DNA from: a virus
Direction: 5' to 3' (one strand)
DNA length: 64,000 nt
Virus record (IMG/VR): IMGVR_UViG_3300033998_000095
Coordinates: 48,007 to 112,006 of that record
Below, piece after piece: positions 49,198 to 59,452 of the stretch (the first letter of the stretch is position 1; each line of letters begins with the position of its first letter). The notes under the pieces were generated by a model. The model ran no database searches, was not told where the DNA came from, and was given only the letters and a program-made list of their open reading frames with translations. Both the position numbers and the translations under genes were made by a program.

Positions 49198-49968
49198 TTG
49201 CCAACTAGAGAATATTTTGACAAGATAGCAGCAAGTAACGCTCAAGACTTTAAAAGAGAAATTAAAGCAACTAATCTATATGCTGCTAAAGTTGTAGATG
49301 TAAAAGATCCAAAGAAACAAGGTAGAATTAAAGTATGGATACCTGCATTAATGATGGATTCAGTAGATGAATCTCAAGGTATATGGGCTATGCCTGAAAA
49401 CAATTTCTTTACAGGCAATTCAGAATCACAAGAGACTGGTATAGATGATTGTGGGTCATGTTTAATACCACCTAAAGGGAGTTATGTATTAATTAGATTT
49501 GATGAAGGTGATTTTAATAGGCCCAAATATATTGCAGGTCTTAATTTGGTAGATAATCCAGCTTCTATTCCAGTAGAAAATACATATGGATCTGAATACT
49601 GGAATAAATGGACTGTGATAAAGACACCTAAAGGTAGACAGATTCTTATATCTGATGATCCTGATGATGAAGGTATAATAATACGTGGTAAATATAAGAA
49701 GAGAGGTAAACGTAATCAAACAAATGATCCTAGATTACCATCTGATTCAGCTTATATTGAGATATGGGAGAAGGCAGGTCAGGAATATGTTATAATGAAA
49801 GATCAATCTGGACAATTTGTTTTATTAGATTCAGCAAATAAAGAGATAAGGATAAAACATGCATCAGGAAGTTATATAAGATTTGCAGCATCAGGAGATA
49901 TTTATATACAAGCTGCAAATAATATATATCTAAATTCAGCAAGTGCTAGTAATGAGACACATTTATAA
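49198..49968 (+). CDS. Baseplate spike (gp5/VgrG OB-fold)
   Basis: VVDVKDPKKQGRIKVWIP, WAMP, PPKGSYV.I.F..GD...P. Confidence 0.85.
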   Translation: MPTREYFDKIAASNAQDFKREIKATNLYAAKVVDVKDPKKQGRIKVWIPALMMDSVDESQGIWAMPENNFFTGNSESQETGIDDCGSCLIPPKGSYVLIRFDEGDFNRPKYIAGLNLVDNPASIPVENTYGSEYWNKWTVIKTPKGRQILISDDPDDEGIIIRGKYKKRGKRNQTNDPRLPSDSAYIEIWEKAGQEYVIMKDQSGQFVLLDSANKEIRIKHASGSYIRFAASGDIYIQAANNIYLNSASASNETHL

Positions 49969-50001
49969 TAGAAATATAATAATAAGAGGAGGTTATTATT
50001 A

Positions 50002-50526
50002 ATGCCTATAGATATATCTGAAATTAAAGGTATTGGTGATAAGAGAAGGGAAATATTACGCAAACATAACATACTTACAGTTGAAGATTTGCTTGCTGTT
50101 TGTGATAGTGATGCTCATATAGAAGAACTGAGTACTAAAATAGGAATCAGTGTTCCTACAATACAAAAATGGATCAATAGGGCCAATTTATTACTTTCCA
50201 ATATTGCTGATGAAGAAATAAAAGAAGAGCCAGAACAATTAATGGAAAAAAAGGAAGAACCAGTAAAAGAAATTAAAATCACAGCTAATGAGAAAGAAGT
50301 AAAACAACCCGCTCAACCAAAAACAATAATAAGAGAACCATATTGGCGTGTATTGCAGCTTGCTGGTATTAAAAATGAGAAAAATATTGTTGCATATACT
50401 CCAATGCAAATATTACAATTAATATATGATACCAATATTAAAAAGGCATGTGGAATTAAATCAATGCCTACTATAAATGAGATAATATATTGGATAAATA
50501 TGATAAAAATTAAATATAATGTGTAA
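50002..50526 (+). CDS. Helix-hairpin-helix protein (DUF4332-like)
   Basis: IKGIGDKRREIL...TVEDL...IQKWINRA. Confidence 0.7.
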   Translation: MPIDISEIKGIGDKRREILRKHNILTVEDLLAVCDSDAHIEELSTKIGISVPTIQKWINRANLLLSNIADEEIKEEPEQLMEKKEEPVKEIKITANEKEVKQPAQPKTIIREPYWRVLQLAGIKNEKNIVAYTPMQILQLIYDTNIKKACGIKSMPTINEIIYWINMIKIKYNV

Positions 50527-50531
50527 ATTCT

Positions 50532-50555
50532 CATATATATTATTATAATGAAAGA
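50532..50555 (+). promoter_or_regulatory. Second full copy of the repeated promoter motif
   Basis: Identical to 10906-10929. Confidence 0.6.
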
Positions 50556-50599
50556 GTAAGTATTGTTGTATCACTTTTCATAATCTCACAATAAAAAAA

Positions 50600-50794
50600 T
50601 TGGGGGGTTGTGAAATGTGGTACAAAGATAGCAATGGCAATTGGTGCCTAGTGTCTGTTGATCAAATAAGATCTTCAGATGCTAGGCACCAATTATTTTG
50701 GATTAAAGATGAAGATGGAAATTGGGTTTCATCTTCATCTTTAAACATATACCTTAAAGGGAGGAATGGAAATGGACATAAAGAAGTTAAATGA
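50600..50794 (+). CDS. Small protein with an internal WxKDxxGNW repeat
   Basis: WYKDSNGNW / WIKDEDGNW; RBS GGGGG suggests ATG ~50615. Confidence 0.55.
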   Translation: MGGCEMWYKDSNGNWCLVSVDQIRSSDARHQLFWIKDEDGNWVSSSSLNIYLKGRNGNGHKEVK

Positions 50795-50912
50795 TTTACG
50801 TTGGAGAATTAAGAATATTAAAAAAGCTATATACATTGATATATGCGCTTAATAGCTATGAAGAATTTACATCTTCTACTGATTAATTCTTTCACTAAAT
50901 ATTTATCTAAAT

Positions 50913-50985
50913 AAAAATCAGATACTTACACTATGTGGGATATATTTAAATGATATCTCTTGCATAGTGTAAGTATCTGATTTTT
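50913..50985. terminator. Long hairpin/terminator
   Basis: Perfect 23-bp stem. Confidence 0.75.
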
Positions 50986-50988
50986 GTT

Positions 50989-51522
50989 GTGTCCCTGGTA
51001 CATTATTTATTGTTTCTTGTATCATCAAAATTATTATATTTTAGAGGAGGTAAAATAATGGCTAAGAGAGAATTGTTACAGAAGTGGAATGATGTTTCTT
51101 TTCATAACTTTCCATTGAGGTTATGGAAAGAAACAAAGAAGGGGTACATTTACATTATGGATGGTATTAGCTTAAGCAATGATAATACTAATGCCATCTG
51201 TGTTGGGCGATATCGCTTTCATACACCTAAGTTGTCTACAGATGATATTTGTAAGTATATTTGGGATGTTAGAAAAATGAAGGAGAGGGTGTTTGTTGGA
51301 GAGAATAAAGAAGAAAAAGAACGAGAATATTTTTGTCTTGAAAACCCTCGTCCTTTATCATCCTCAGTAGCAAAGCATTTCATGTTATTTACCAGCAATA
51401 AATATGAAAAAGTAGCTGGTAAAGCAACATTGATAGCTAAAGTATTCTGTATTAAAAATAATGAAAAAGTTAATTTGAAGTTATTAGTAGCGACTGCACC
51501 ATTTATAGTAAATAAGAATTAA
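50989..51522 (+). CDS. Hypothetical protein (likely start ATG 51058)
   Basis: GGAGG RBS. Confidence 0.6.
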   Translation: MSLVHYLLFLVSSKLLYFRGGKIMAKRELLQKWNDVSFHNFPLRLWKETKKGYIYIMDGISLSNDNTNAICVGRYRFHTPKLSTDDICKYIWDVRKMKERVFVGENKEEKEREYFCLENPRPLSSSVAKHFMLFTSNKYEKVAGKATLIAKVFCIKNNEKVNLKLLVATAPFIVNKN

Positions 51523-51598
51523 TCTAATTTATCACGTACTTTTGTGTATATGATAAATTAGATTAGTTATATTTTATTCTTTTATAAGGAGGGATAAT

Positions 51599-51925
51599 AT
51601 GATATTATCTACTAATGGTTTAGAGATCTTGATTAAGTCTATGACATCTGTATTACTTGCTGCTTTATCTGATGATAAACAAAGATTACTTGAAAATTTT
51701 AAAACATTACACAATGTTCTTATCAATATTGCTAATTCTCTTGAAATAAATGAGCAACCTCAACAGGATAATCTACAAGTAGATGATAATACATATATGT
51801 TAAAAGAGTTAGAGAATAAATTGACTGATCCTAATCTTTCTATTGAGCAAAAAACTATTGTTTTATCAAAAATATTTGAATTAAAGAAGTATTTAAATGA
51901 TATAAAAAGAAATGATAAGGAGTGA
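51599..51925 (+). CDS. Hypothetical protein
   Basis: AAGGAGG RBS. Confidence 0.6.
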   Translation: MILSTNGLEILIKSMTSVLLAALSDDKQRLLENFKTLHNVLINIANSLEINEQPQQDNLQVDDNTYMLKELENKLTDPNLSIEQKTIVLSKIFELKKYLNDIKRNDKE

Positions 51926-52566
51926 TAATTATGTTTGTTGATTATGATGATATACGTATCAAATTGTTACATTATACACCAATCCATATAGCTGTAGAAG
52001 CAGCTTTGGTATGTACTGACAATGATGATAGGTTTGATGAATATAAAAAGGATAGTCAGACCTTTTTATTGAAACTATTAGAACATGGACATGAGAGTAT
52101 TTTTGAACATATAAATTACACTTTTAAAGTTCAAAACATATCAAGAGCTTTATTACAAGAATTAGCAAGACATAGACATATCTCATTAAGTGTTATGTCA
52201 ACAAGATATACTCTTAAGAAAGTAATTGATAGACAACAGTTGATATTTAAATTGCCTCATTTTTCTTCTAGAAATGATGAAGAAACAATAATGTATAATA
52301 AGTTAATAAACACTTTAGTTGAGCTTGAGAAGGTGGTAGCAGATGCAGTTGATACTGGAATAAAGAATGATGTATTAAAATATTTTATACCTGAAGCTCT
52401 TGTAACCAAACTAATGCTTACTATTAATTGTAGAGAATTAAGACATATTTTTCAATTAAGATTGAGCAATAGAGCTTTAGAAGAGTTTAGATGTCTATGT
52501 AGGAGTTTATATAATGCATTGCCAGAGGATCATCAATTTCTGTATAAAGATATTGTTTTAGTATAA
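51922..52566 (+). CDS. thyX: FAD-dependent thymidylate synthase
   Basis: GHESIFEH, SRALLQELARHRHISLSVMSTRY, NCRELRH. Confidence 0.95.
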   Translation: MIIMFVDYDDIRIKLLHYTPIHIAVEAALVCTDNDDRFDEYKKDSQTFLLKLLEHGHESIFEHINYTFKVQNISRALLQELARHRHISLSVMSTRYTLKKVIDRQQLIFKLPHFSSRNDEETIMYNKLINTLVELEKVVADAVDTGIKNDVLKYFIPEALVTKLMLTINCRELRHIFQLRLSNRALEEFRCLCRSLYNALPEDHQFLYKDIVLV

Positions 52567-52607
52567 AATGTCCTTTTTATTATCTATAAAGGAGATGAAG
52601 ATATATT

Positions 52608-53060
52608 ATGATGATGTTATTGATTAATATACTAGATATTGTGATGACAATAGTAGTGGTTATTGCATTACATGTTTTGTCACCTACAAATGCCACCTTT
52701 TTTGTATTTGTAATGTTTTTCTTGTTTATTACAAGACTAATAATAGATTCTATATTAAATATAATTTCAGAACTCAATAGCGAACCAATTCAAGCACCTT
52801 TATTGAGGTTACAATATGCTTCTAGATTGATGCGATATAGAAAGTTCTTTTCAAAATTTAATAGAAAAATAATAGAATACATTAAATCTACATCATATTG
52901 GTGTTTATTGATAGTTCTTTCTTTACATTTATTTAGTTTTATGCAACATTTGAGTTATACAATAGCGTGGATAGCAATTATATTGTATCTAATTTATATA
53001 AGTTGCAGATGTCTGTTATATCTGTTATATATGATACATAATACAATTGAGGAGGTATAA
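52608..53060 (+). CDS. 4-TM membrane protein
   Basis: Hydrophobic segments. Confidence 0.55.
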   Translation: MMMLLINILDIVMTIVVVIALHVLSPTNATFFVFVMFFLFITRLIIDSILNIISELNSEPIQAPLLRLQYASRLMRYRKFFSKFNRKIIEYIKSTSYWCLLIVLSLHLFSFMQHLSYTIAWIAIILYLIYISCRCLLYLLYMIHNTIEEV

Positions 53061-53520
53061 ATATATGTTTAAAGCATGTATGCGTATAGCATCAATGTTA
53101 AAAATAATATTAATAGGTATAGTACTAACATCTTTTATTAAACTATCTAACATTAATGCTGATTATTATTTCTCTTTATATTCAGGAATATTTGTAAGTA
53201 TATTACTATTGTATATAATAGCAGCTATATCATCGATATATAATGAAAAAACTAATACCATGAAAGACGATGATCCATATTTATCATTGTTTAATGCTGC
53301 TAAGAAGGCTGAAGCAAAACATGATAAAGCATATATATTTGTTATAACTCTATGGACATTTATTTTACAATTGATTTTATTGATAATATATTATCTGTTT
53401 AATATGCATCATTACGCATATTTCTTTATACGATTAGCGAGTATTCTATATATTGCATATATATGTGCTAGTACTATATCACATCATATTATGAAAGAGG
53501 GGGAGAGTAATAATGGATAA
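53047..53520 (+). CDS. 4-TM membrane protein
   Basis: Hydrophobic segments; same topology as the previous gene. Confidence 0.55.
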   Translation: MRRYKYMFKACMRIASMLKIILIGIVLTSFIKLSNINADYYFSLYSGIFVSILLLYIIAAISSIYNEKTNTMKDDDPYLSLFNAAKKAEAKHDKAYIFVITLWTFILQLILLIIYYLFNMHHYAYFFIRLASILYIAYICASTISHHIMKEGESNNG

Positions 53521-53743
53521 TCTAGAAAAAGAAATCAATGATATAAAAGAAATGCTCATTACCATTAATAAAAAGATAGATATTCTAGTTGGAGAAAAGG
53601 TTGCATATGAATTAAAACGTCAGCAAATACTGAAACAATTGGACGAATACTATAAGTACTTAGAAGAACATCCAGAAGAAAAAGCAGAAATGCAAAAGGA
53701 AATAGATGAATGGATGTATGGTTTTAGAAGAAATGATAGATGA
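53513..53743 (+). CDS. Small coiled-coil protein
   Basis: ORF with RBS. Confidence 0.55.
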   Translation: MDNLEKEINDIKEMLITINKKIDILVGEKVAYELKRQQILKQLDEYYKYLEEHPEEKAEMQKEIDEWMYGFRRNDR

Positions 53744-53773
53744 TAAACATAATAATAAAAGGAGGTTATTAGA

Positions 53774-54289
53774 ATGAAAAGAATATCTAGAGTACTTGGG
53801 GTAGTAATAATAGCAATATTAATTGGTATTACTCCAGTATTAGCACTTAACTTCAATCAAGATAAGTTCACTCAAGAAGAAACAGAATATATGATGTTTA
53901 CTTTAGTAAATATGCAGAGTATGATGAAAACATTGAGTAATCTTGATCAGTTATTTCCAATGTGTCCAGATCCTTTAGATACTAAGAGATATCAAGAATG
54001 GTACTATGTTATGCATGTACAATTTCAAGCAATAGAAGCAATTGGAAATGAATTCTTTGATAATACAAACATTCCAGAGTATTTCTCCACGATAGATGAA
54101 GAATATAGAGTATGTTTAGATAATCTAGTCCAAGCAGCACAATATTTTGATGCTGGATATCAATCATTGAATCCAGAGATTATCAAGATGGGTATGCCTT
54201 ATTGGATTGAAGGTTGTAATCAAATTGGACAGATAGTTCCAGCTTTCGTTAAAATATTGGAAAATAAAAATGGTGGACCATTAATGTAA
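53774..54289 (+). CDS. Exported helical-bundle protein
   Basis: Signal peptide ending VLA. Confidence 0.6.
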   Translation: MKRISRVLGVVIIAILIGITPVLALNFNQDKFTQEETEYMMFTLVNMQSMMKTLSNLDQLFPMCPDPLDTKRYQEWYYVMHVQFQAIEAIGNEFFDNTNIPEYFSTIDEEYRVCLDNLVQAAQYFDAGYQSLNPEIIKMGMPYWIEGCNQIGQIVPAFVKILENKNGGPLM

Positions 54290-54331
54290 CTAAGTAATAT
54301 AATTAAATATAATAAATAGGAGGTAATAATT

Positions 54332-54637
54332 ATGACCATGGATTTTATTACGTTAAAGGATAATATTAAGATTTTAGCAGGATTACAGAAAATAGCTAAA
54401 CAGAGGGTTAAGATACTCTATAGTATTCAAGATACTGCATTAGCTACAGAACTACAGAAATGTGTAAACAAAAATAGAAAAACTTTACGTTTGATGCACG
54501 TACTTTATTCTATGAAAAAGGGTAGATCCTATAAAGAAGTAGAACCAAATGCTAAAAATGAATTAGATGTAAAACAACTTAAGCGTTTAGTTAAGAAGAT
54601 TAAAGATAAACCAGTAGTTGAATCTATTAATACTTAA
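54332..54637 (+). CDS. Conserved phage hypothetical protein
   Basis: R.MHVLY...KGRSY.EVE motif. Confidence 0.55.
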   Translation: MTMDFITLKDNIKILAGLQKIAKQRVKILYSIQDTALATELQKCVNKNRKTLRLMHVLYSMKKGRSYKEVEPNAKNELDVKQLKRLVKKIKDKPVVESINT

Positions 54638-54665
54638 AATTAATATTTAATTTGGGGTGAAGTAG

Positions 54666-55133
54666 ATGAAAAAGAGAATAGTATTTGGGTTATTAATAAT
54701 ATTGTTGTTACCCTTGTTTATTGCTGTTAAAAGTGAAGCTTTAACAAACGAAGAAAACACATATATTACACAAAAAGATATTCTTGGTGCTAAAATGATC
54801 GCTAAACTAGATGATTTATCTAATGCTTTACAAGATATATCAGATACAAAGAATATCGATTATGATTATCTTATTAAACTAGCTAAAGATATAGATAAAA
54901 TTACATATGATGCTTATGATATAGATTGTCCACCTAGATTTAAAAGATCACACAAGTATTATCTGCTGGCAATGGATTATATTCATGAATTCGCTCAACT
55001 ATTTATCTCTGCATTATATGAGAATGATACTATAAAATTGAATAATGCTTTTGCTATTATTACTGAAGCTTCTCAAAATATGGATAAATCAAATGAACTG
55101 TTTGCCATGGAGCTGAAAGAGAAGAGTATATAA
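54666..55133 (+). CDS. Exported helical-bundle protein
   Basis: Signal peptide ending SEA. Confidence 0.6.
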   Translation: MKKRIVFGLLIILLLPLFIAVKSEALTNEENTYITQKDILGAKMIAKLDDLSNALQDISDTKNIDYDYLIKLAKDIDKITYDAYDIDCPPRFKRSHKYYLLAMDYIHEFAQLFISALYENDTIKLNNAFAIITEASQNMDKSNELFAMELKEKSI

Positions 55134-55153
55134 CATCTAAACAGAAATGGTAA

Positions 55154-55208
55154 AATCGTTCTCTCATAGAACGAATATAATCCAATGTCGTTCTATGAGA
55201 GAACGATT
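55154..55208. terminator. Long hairpin
   Basis: Perfect 21-bp stem. Confidence 0.7.
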
Positions 55209-55330
55209 AGTGTGGTTGAATGTATACATTTTTAGGGTTACTTTATTTTTAGTATATTATGGTGTATTGTTAGGATAATCTAATCTAATTAATCTTATCT
55301 AAAAAAATAGAATAGGAGGATCTTTAATTC

Positions 55331-55825
55331 ATGCAATCAGACAAGTACTATGCTGAGATTATATTTGAAGCTGATTTTAAAACATTATTAACCATAATGA
55401 ATAAGATAACAACTTATATCTATAAAAAAGGTATAACAGCATTTTCTAAAATAATACCATATAATTATCATGTTATTTTTAATAATTATTCATTAGACAA
55501 ATTTAATCAATATAAGTTAAATGTTAATCAGCAATCAACAGAAATGATACCAAATAAACAATTTACTGAGTTTATGAATAGATGTTTATCAGATAATAAT
55601 GTTATTAATATAGGCTTTTATCCACAATATCAAACACACAATGATAGCATTATTAACGTATACAACAGTAATACTATCTCAAAACAAGTTCGTCTGGTAG
55701 TGTCTTTTATTTCTGATCTTGCCAATCTAACTCATTTAATAGATAAGATACGTGAAAAGTTTCCTAGTATAAAATTCAGTATCAATATGGTAAACGTTCA
55801 AGAATATACTAATAATGTATTATAA
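55331..55825 (+). CDS. Hypothetical protein
   Basis: AGGAGG RBS. Confidence 0.6.
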   Translation: MQSDKYYAEIIFEADFKTLLTIMNKITTYIYKKGITAFSKIIPYNYHVIFNNYSLDKFNQYKLNVNQQSTEMIPNKQFTEFMNRCLSDNNVINIGFYPQYQTHNDSIINVYNSNTISKQVRLVVSFISDLANLTHLIDKIREKFPSIKFSINMVNVQEYTNNVL

Positions 55826-55890
55826 AATTAAGAGGATAAAGGACTTCCATTATAGTAAATTACATCTTATGACTAACTTAGAATTGGTCG

Positions 55891-55922
55891 TAATTGCACA
55901 ATAATTGCACATTATTTGCACA
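55891..55922 (+). repeat. 3x TA(A/T)TTGCACA with 11-bp period
   Basis: Read directly from the sequence. Confidence 0.8.
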
Positions 55923-56020
55923 TATTGTCTTTTATATTTTAATTATTTATAGAGATTTGTCTAGTACTTATTGCTTAATATGTATAATAAAATAAATCTA
56001 AAATAGGGAGGTAATAAATT

Positions 56021-56596
56021 ATGAAGAAGTTATTAACAATCCAAGTATATACTATAAATGAATTGGATGAGGATACGAAGGATTATGTTTTAGAAAGATT
56101 TATCAATGAACATTGTGATGATCTTATGCCAAACGACTGGAGTGATCCTATATTAAGAGAAGCTAATGACTTTTATGGATTAGATATCTTTGTATATAAT
56201 TTGTATAGTGGATATATTAAAGCTAAATTAGTTAAAGATCCAGAGGAATGCATCAAAGCTATAAGAGAAAATTCTCAATCGAAAGAACTATTAGATTTAG
56301 CAGATTTTTATGAAAAAATAATGACTAAATACTATTATGAATATGGTGATAGTGATGATGAAGATGAAGAAGGTAGAGATGATGCTAATGAGGAATATGA
56401 AGCAATTAGAGACAATTTACAAAGAGATTTGTCTGAATACTTTCTTAAAGAATTAGAAAAAGAGTATTATTATTATTTTTCTAAAGAATATGTTTACAAT
56501 TTTTTAGAGAGTAATGAGACCTATTTTACTAAAGATGGTACAATGATACCATATAGTTATGTTGTCAAAGGCAAGGTGACATGTAAAGATGAATGA
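56021..56596 (+). CDS. Highly acidic hypothetical protein
   Basis: VYTINELDED...YFTKDG; D/E-rich. Confidence 0.6.
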   Translation: MKKLLTIQVYTINELDEDTKDYVLERFINEHCDDLMPNDWSDPILREANDFYGLDIFVYNLYSGYIKAKLVKDPEECIKAIRENSQSKELLDLADFYEKIMTKYYYEYGDSDDEDEEGRDDANEEYEAIRDNLQRDLSEYFLKELEKEYYYYFSKEYVYNFLESNETYFTKDGTMIPYSYVVKGKVTCKDE

Positions 56597-57446
56597 GATT
56601 GGACTACAGTTAGCATATGATACAGAAAAACTTACTAAACATATATCTCATCTATCTAGTTTTCCAGAAGACTTTATAGTGGAACCTAAATACGATGGGA
56701 TAAGAGTAGCCTGCTTTGTATATGATAAAGATGACATTAGATTTGTAACTAGGTATGGTAATAAAGTATATAATATTAGTTATATAGAAGATGATATTAA
56801 AAAGCAGGCTGATAAGCTTAAAGGATATATGCTGGATGGAGAAATATATGGTAAAGATTGGAATGAAACTGTATCTACTACCAGAACCAGAACATCCAAG
56901 AAAGAGAATCCAGATTTAGTATATTATGTATTTGATATTATTCCAATTGAAAACTTTAAGAAGAAGTCATATGATGCTACATTAGATGAAAGAAAAAAAT
57001 TGTTAGATAAATTATTATCTAATACCAAGCATGTTAAGAAAGTCAAATATCATAAGATAAAAGATGTGGATGAAGCGTTAGATATATATAAAAATGAAAT
57101 TGAAAATGGTCTTGAAGGTATTATGTTAAAGAGAATTGACACTCCTTATAGGTTCAGAAGAACTCCTGATTGGCTCAAAGTTAAGAATATATTATCAGAT
57201 GAATTTGAAGTTGTTGATGTGTTTGAAGGTAGTGGCAAGTATAAAAATATGCTTGGTGGTATTGTAATTAAATTACCCAATGGGGACACTATGAAAGTGG
57301 GTTCTGGTTTTACTGATGAAGAAAGGGACAGGTATTGGAAGAATCCCAAATCTATCATAGGTAAGACTATAGAAGTAGCATATCAGGAGAAAACTAAAGA
57401 TGGTAAACTGAGGAATCCAAGGTTCTTAAGAATACGAATGGATTGA
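56589..57446 (+). CDS. ATP-dependent DNA ligase
   Basis: EPKYDGIR, LDGEI, FDI, EGIMLK, WLKVK, VGSGF, LRNPRF. Confidence 0.95.
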   Translation: MNEIGLQLAYDTEKLTKHISHLSSFPEDFIVEPKYDGIRVACFVYDKDDIRFVTRYGNKVYNISYIEDDIKKQADKLKGYMLDGEIYGKDWNETVSTTRTRTSKKENPDLVYYVFDIIPIENFKKKSYDATLDERKKLLDKLLSNTKHVKKVKYHKIKDVDEALDIYKNEIENGLEGIMLKRIDTPYRFRRTPDWLKVKNILSDEFEVVDVFEGSGKYKNMLGGIVIKLPNGDTMKVGSGFTDEERDRYWKNPKSIIGKTIEVAYQEKTKDGKLRNPRFLRIRMD

Positions 57447-57527
57447 TAATAAATTAACTAAATAATTTGACTTAACATTTGATCTTAAAACTTATGACTA
57501 TATGATAATTATCTGGAGTAAACTTCA

Positions 57528-58145
57528 ATGTTTAGATTTAATAAGGATATAGGATTATTTACATTAGATAGGGGCAAAGATACATGTAAATATTCTACTG
57601 AATTTTGTAGATTACATTGCTATAATAATAAAATGTATAAAGCATTTGGAAAGCGTATGCGTGAAAGGGATATAAAAAATGAACAGTATTGGCAAACAGC
57701 TATAGGTGAAGATATTTATAAAACTCTTCAACATAAACAATATGATATCTCTAGAATAAGATTATGTTCAAGAGGTGAAGCATTTCTTGATACCCATGAT
57801 GTTGAAAGAGTAGCATCATGGGCATCTTATCTTTCTAAATATAATATTGACATTTTAGTATTCACTAAAGCATGGAGAGATGATGATATTAGGTCTTTAA
57901 TAGAAAAAGATCTGTTTTTATACCCTAATTTATATATCATAGCTTCATTAGATCTAGATACTCTGCAATACTATGATTCTTTAAAAAATAATAAATGGAT
58001 AGTATCTTTCTTTGGAAATGATTCATTTGAGCATCCAAATTTTATCAAATGTCCAAAAACATGGAAACATTTAAAGAGTTATTGTATTAAATGTAATGAA
58101 GGATGCTTCTCGAGATGTAAAGATATACATTTCAAGATGCATTAA
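57528..58145 (+). CDS. Gp88-like (radical-SAM-related) protein
   Basis: TC......C...CY, IRL...GE, FTK and a C-terminal Cys cluster. Confidence 0.55.
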   Translation: MFRFNKDIGLFTLDRGKDTCKYSTEFCRLHCYNNKMYKAFGKRMRERDIKNEQYWQTAIGEDIYKTLQHKQYDISRIRLCSRGEAFLDTHDVERVASWASYLSKYNIDILVFTKAWRDDDIRSLIEKDLFLYPNLYIIASLDLDTLQYYDSLKNNKWIVSFFGNDSFEHPNFIKCPKTWKHLKSYCIKCNEGCFSRCKDIHFKMH

Positions 58146-58185
58146 ATGGATTATTATTATAATTAATTAAAGGGGGTTAAAGATA

Positions 58186-58455
58186 ATGTTGGTTATTAAG
58201 ACAGAACATGTGTATTTAAATAATAAGGATGCTGTAAAGCGTGTTGTTGAGATAAAACATGATACTACTTATACTAGCAATCGTTCATTATCATCTGATG
58301 TTGTTATTACATATAATGGTATACTTCTCAAAGATATAGATGATACATATCTTGTTGTTAAAGATCAAATGTATGATTATGCATATTTAAAGAACGTAAT
58401 ACAATTATTGCGACAAAAGTTGAAAGAAAAAGTATATATGATAAAAGTAGAATAA
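58186..58455 (+). CDS. Hypothetical protein, paralogue A
   Basis: Similar to the next gene. Confidence 0.65.
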   Translation: MLVIKTEHVYLNNKDAVKRVVEIKHDTTYTSNRSLSSDVVITYNGILLKDIDDTYLVVKDQMYDYAYLKNVIQLLRQKLKEKVYMIKVE

Positions 58456-58488
58456 ATTATAATAGTAAATAATTATTATCATTATGGA

Positions 58489-58773
58489 ATGGAGGATGAT
58501 AATATGATAGTTATTAAGACAAACAATGTTATGGTTAATAATAGTCTGATTTTTAAGAAAATTATTGATATTAAGCATATTGAAAGCAAGAAGAAGCAAC
58601 CTGCTATGATGAAAAATCAATTAGTAGTATCAGATAGCATGATCTTATTGGTAGATGAAGATAAGAGTCATTATTTGATTAAAGATAGTATATATGATGA
58701 TGTGTATATGCGACAAATTGTACAACTACTAAGGAATCACACCAAAGAAAAGGTAAGAGTAATAAATATTTAG
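58489..58773 (+). CDS. Hypothetical protein, paralogue B
   Basis: Shares VIKT..V..NN...IKH...YL.KD..YD..Y.....QLLR...KEKV. Confidence 0.65.
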   Translation: MEDDNMIVIKTNNVMVNNSLIFKKIIDIKHIESKKKQPAMMKNQLVVSDSMILLVDEDKSHYLIKDSIYDDVYMRQIVQLLRNHTKEKVRVINI

Positions 58774-58802
58774 ATATCTAATATTTAATTTAATGGAGAG
58801 AG

Positions 58803-59099
58803 ATGACCTGTCTCTCTCCATTGTATTTATATTTCATAGTGTTTATAATGGGAAAGGAGGAAAAGCGAATGAGTGTGAAAATATTAGGAGAATTTGCATC
58901 AGATGAAGAAATAAAGGACTTCTTACTTTATCATATGGATGAGGCAGATGATAAAAAATCAAAGACAAACCCAGCATTAACTAGACAGCAAGTATGGGAT
59001 ATAAATATGGGGGCAGTAATGCAAGGAGATATTACAAGAGTTAGATCCTTAATAACTAAAAATGTTACTAAGGAGTTTGGAAAGTATTACGAAGTTTAG
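58803..59099 (+). CDS. Hypothetical protein (likely start ATG 58869)
   Basis: AAGGAGG RBS. Confidence 0.55.
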   Translation: MTCLSPLYLYFIVFIMGKEEKRMSVKILGEFASDEEIKDFLLYHMDEADDKKSKTNPALTRQQVWDINMGAVMQGDITRVRSLITKNVTKEFGKYYEV

Positions 59100-59208
59100 G
59101 TGAACATTCCATAGAAAATGCGAAACAGACAGGAGGGTCCAAATGAACTTACACCATATTGGGGTAATTAGAAAACAAACATTAATAAATAATTAGGAGG
59201 TATACTTT

Positions 59209-59406
59209 ATGCAAGATACTGATAGAAAATCATTAAAATTAAGCTTGTCATTTTCTTGTGATTGGATAGATATGATCAGAGCAATTAAAGATAAATCTTA
59301 TGTCTTTGATCTTACTATTGTGAATTTCTCATGGTCATATGATCCAGGTATATTGGCATTTTATATAAGTCTGCTTGGGTTTGGTGTTTTGATTGAGATT
59401 TTTTAA
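59209..59406 (+). CDS. Small hypothetical protein
   Basis: AGGAGG RBS. Confidence 0.55.
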   Translation: MQDTDRKSLKLSLSFSCDWIDMIRAIKDKSYVFDLTIVNFSWSYDPGILAFYISLLGFGVLIEIF

Positions 59407-59452
59407 AAAGTGGTGATACTGATATGATAAACGAAGAGGATGATGATTAAAT

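Noticed and set aside
565-58620. Many short antisense ORFs in the track (e.g. 565-777, 10222-10671, 39211-39717)
   Set aside because: Shadow frames of real genes; no RBS or motifs.
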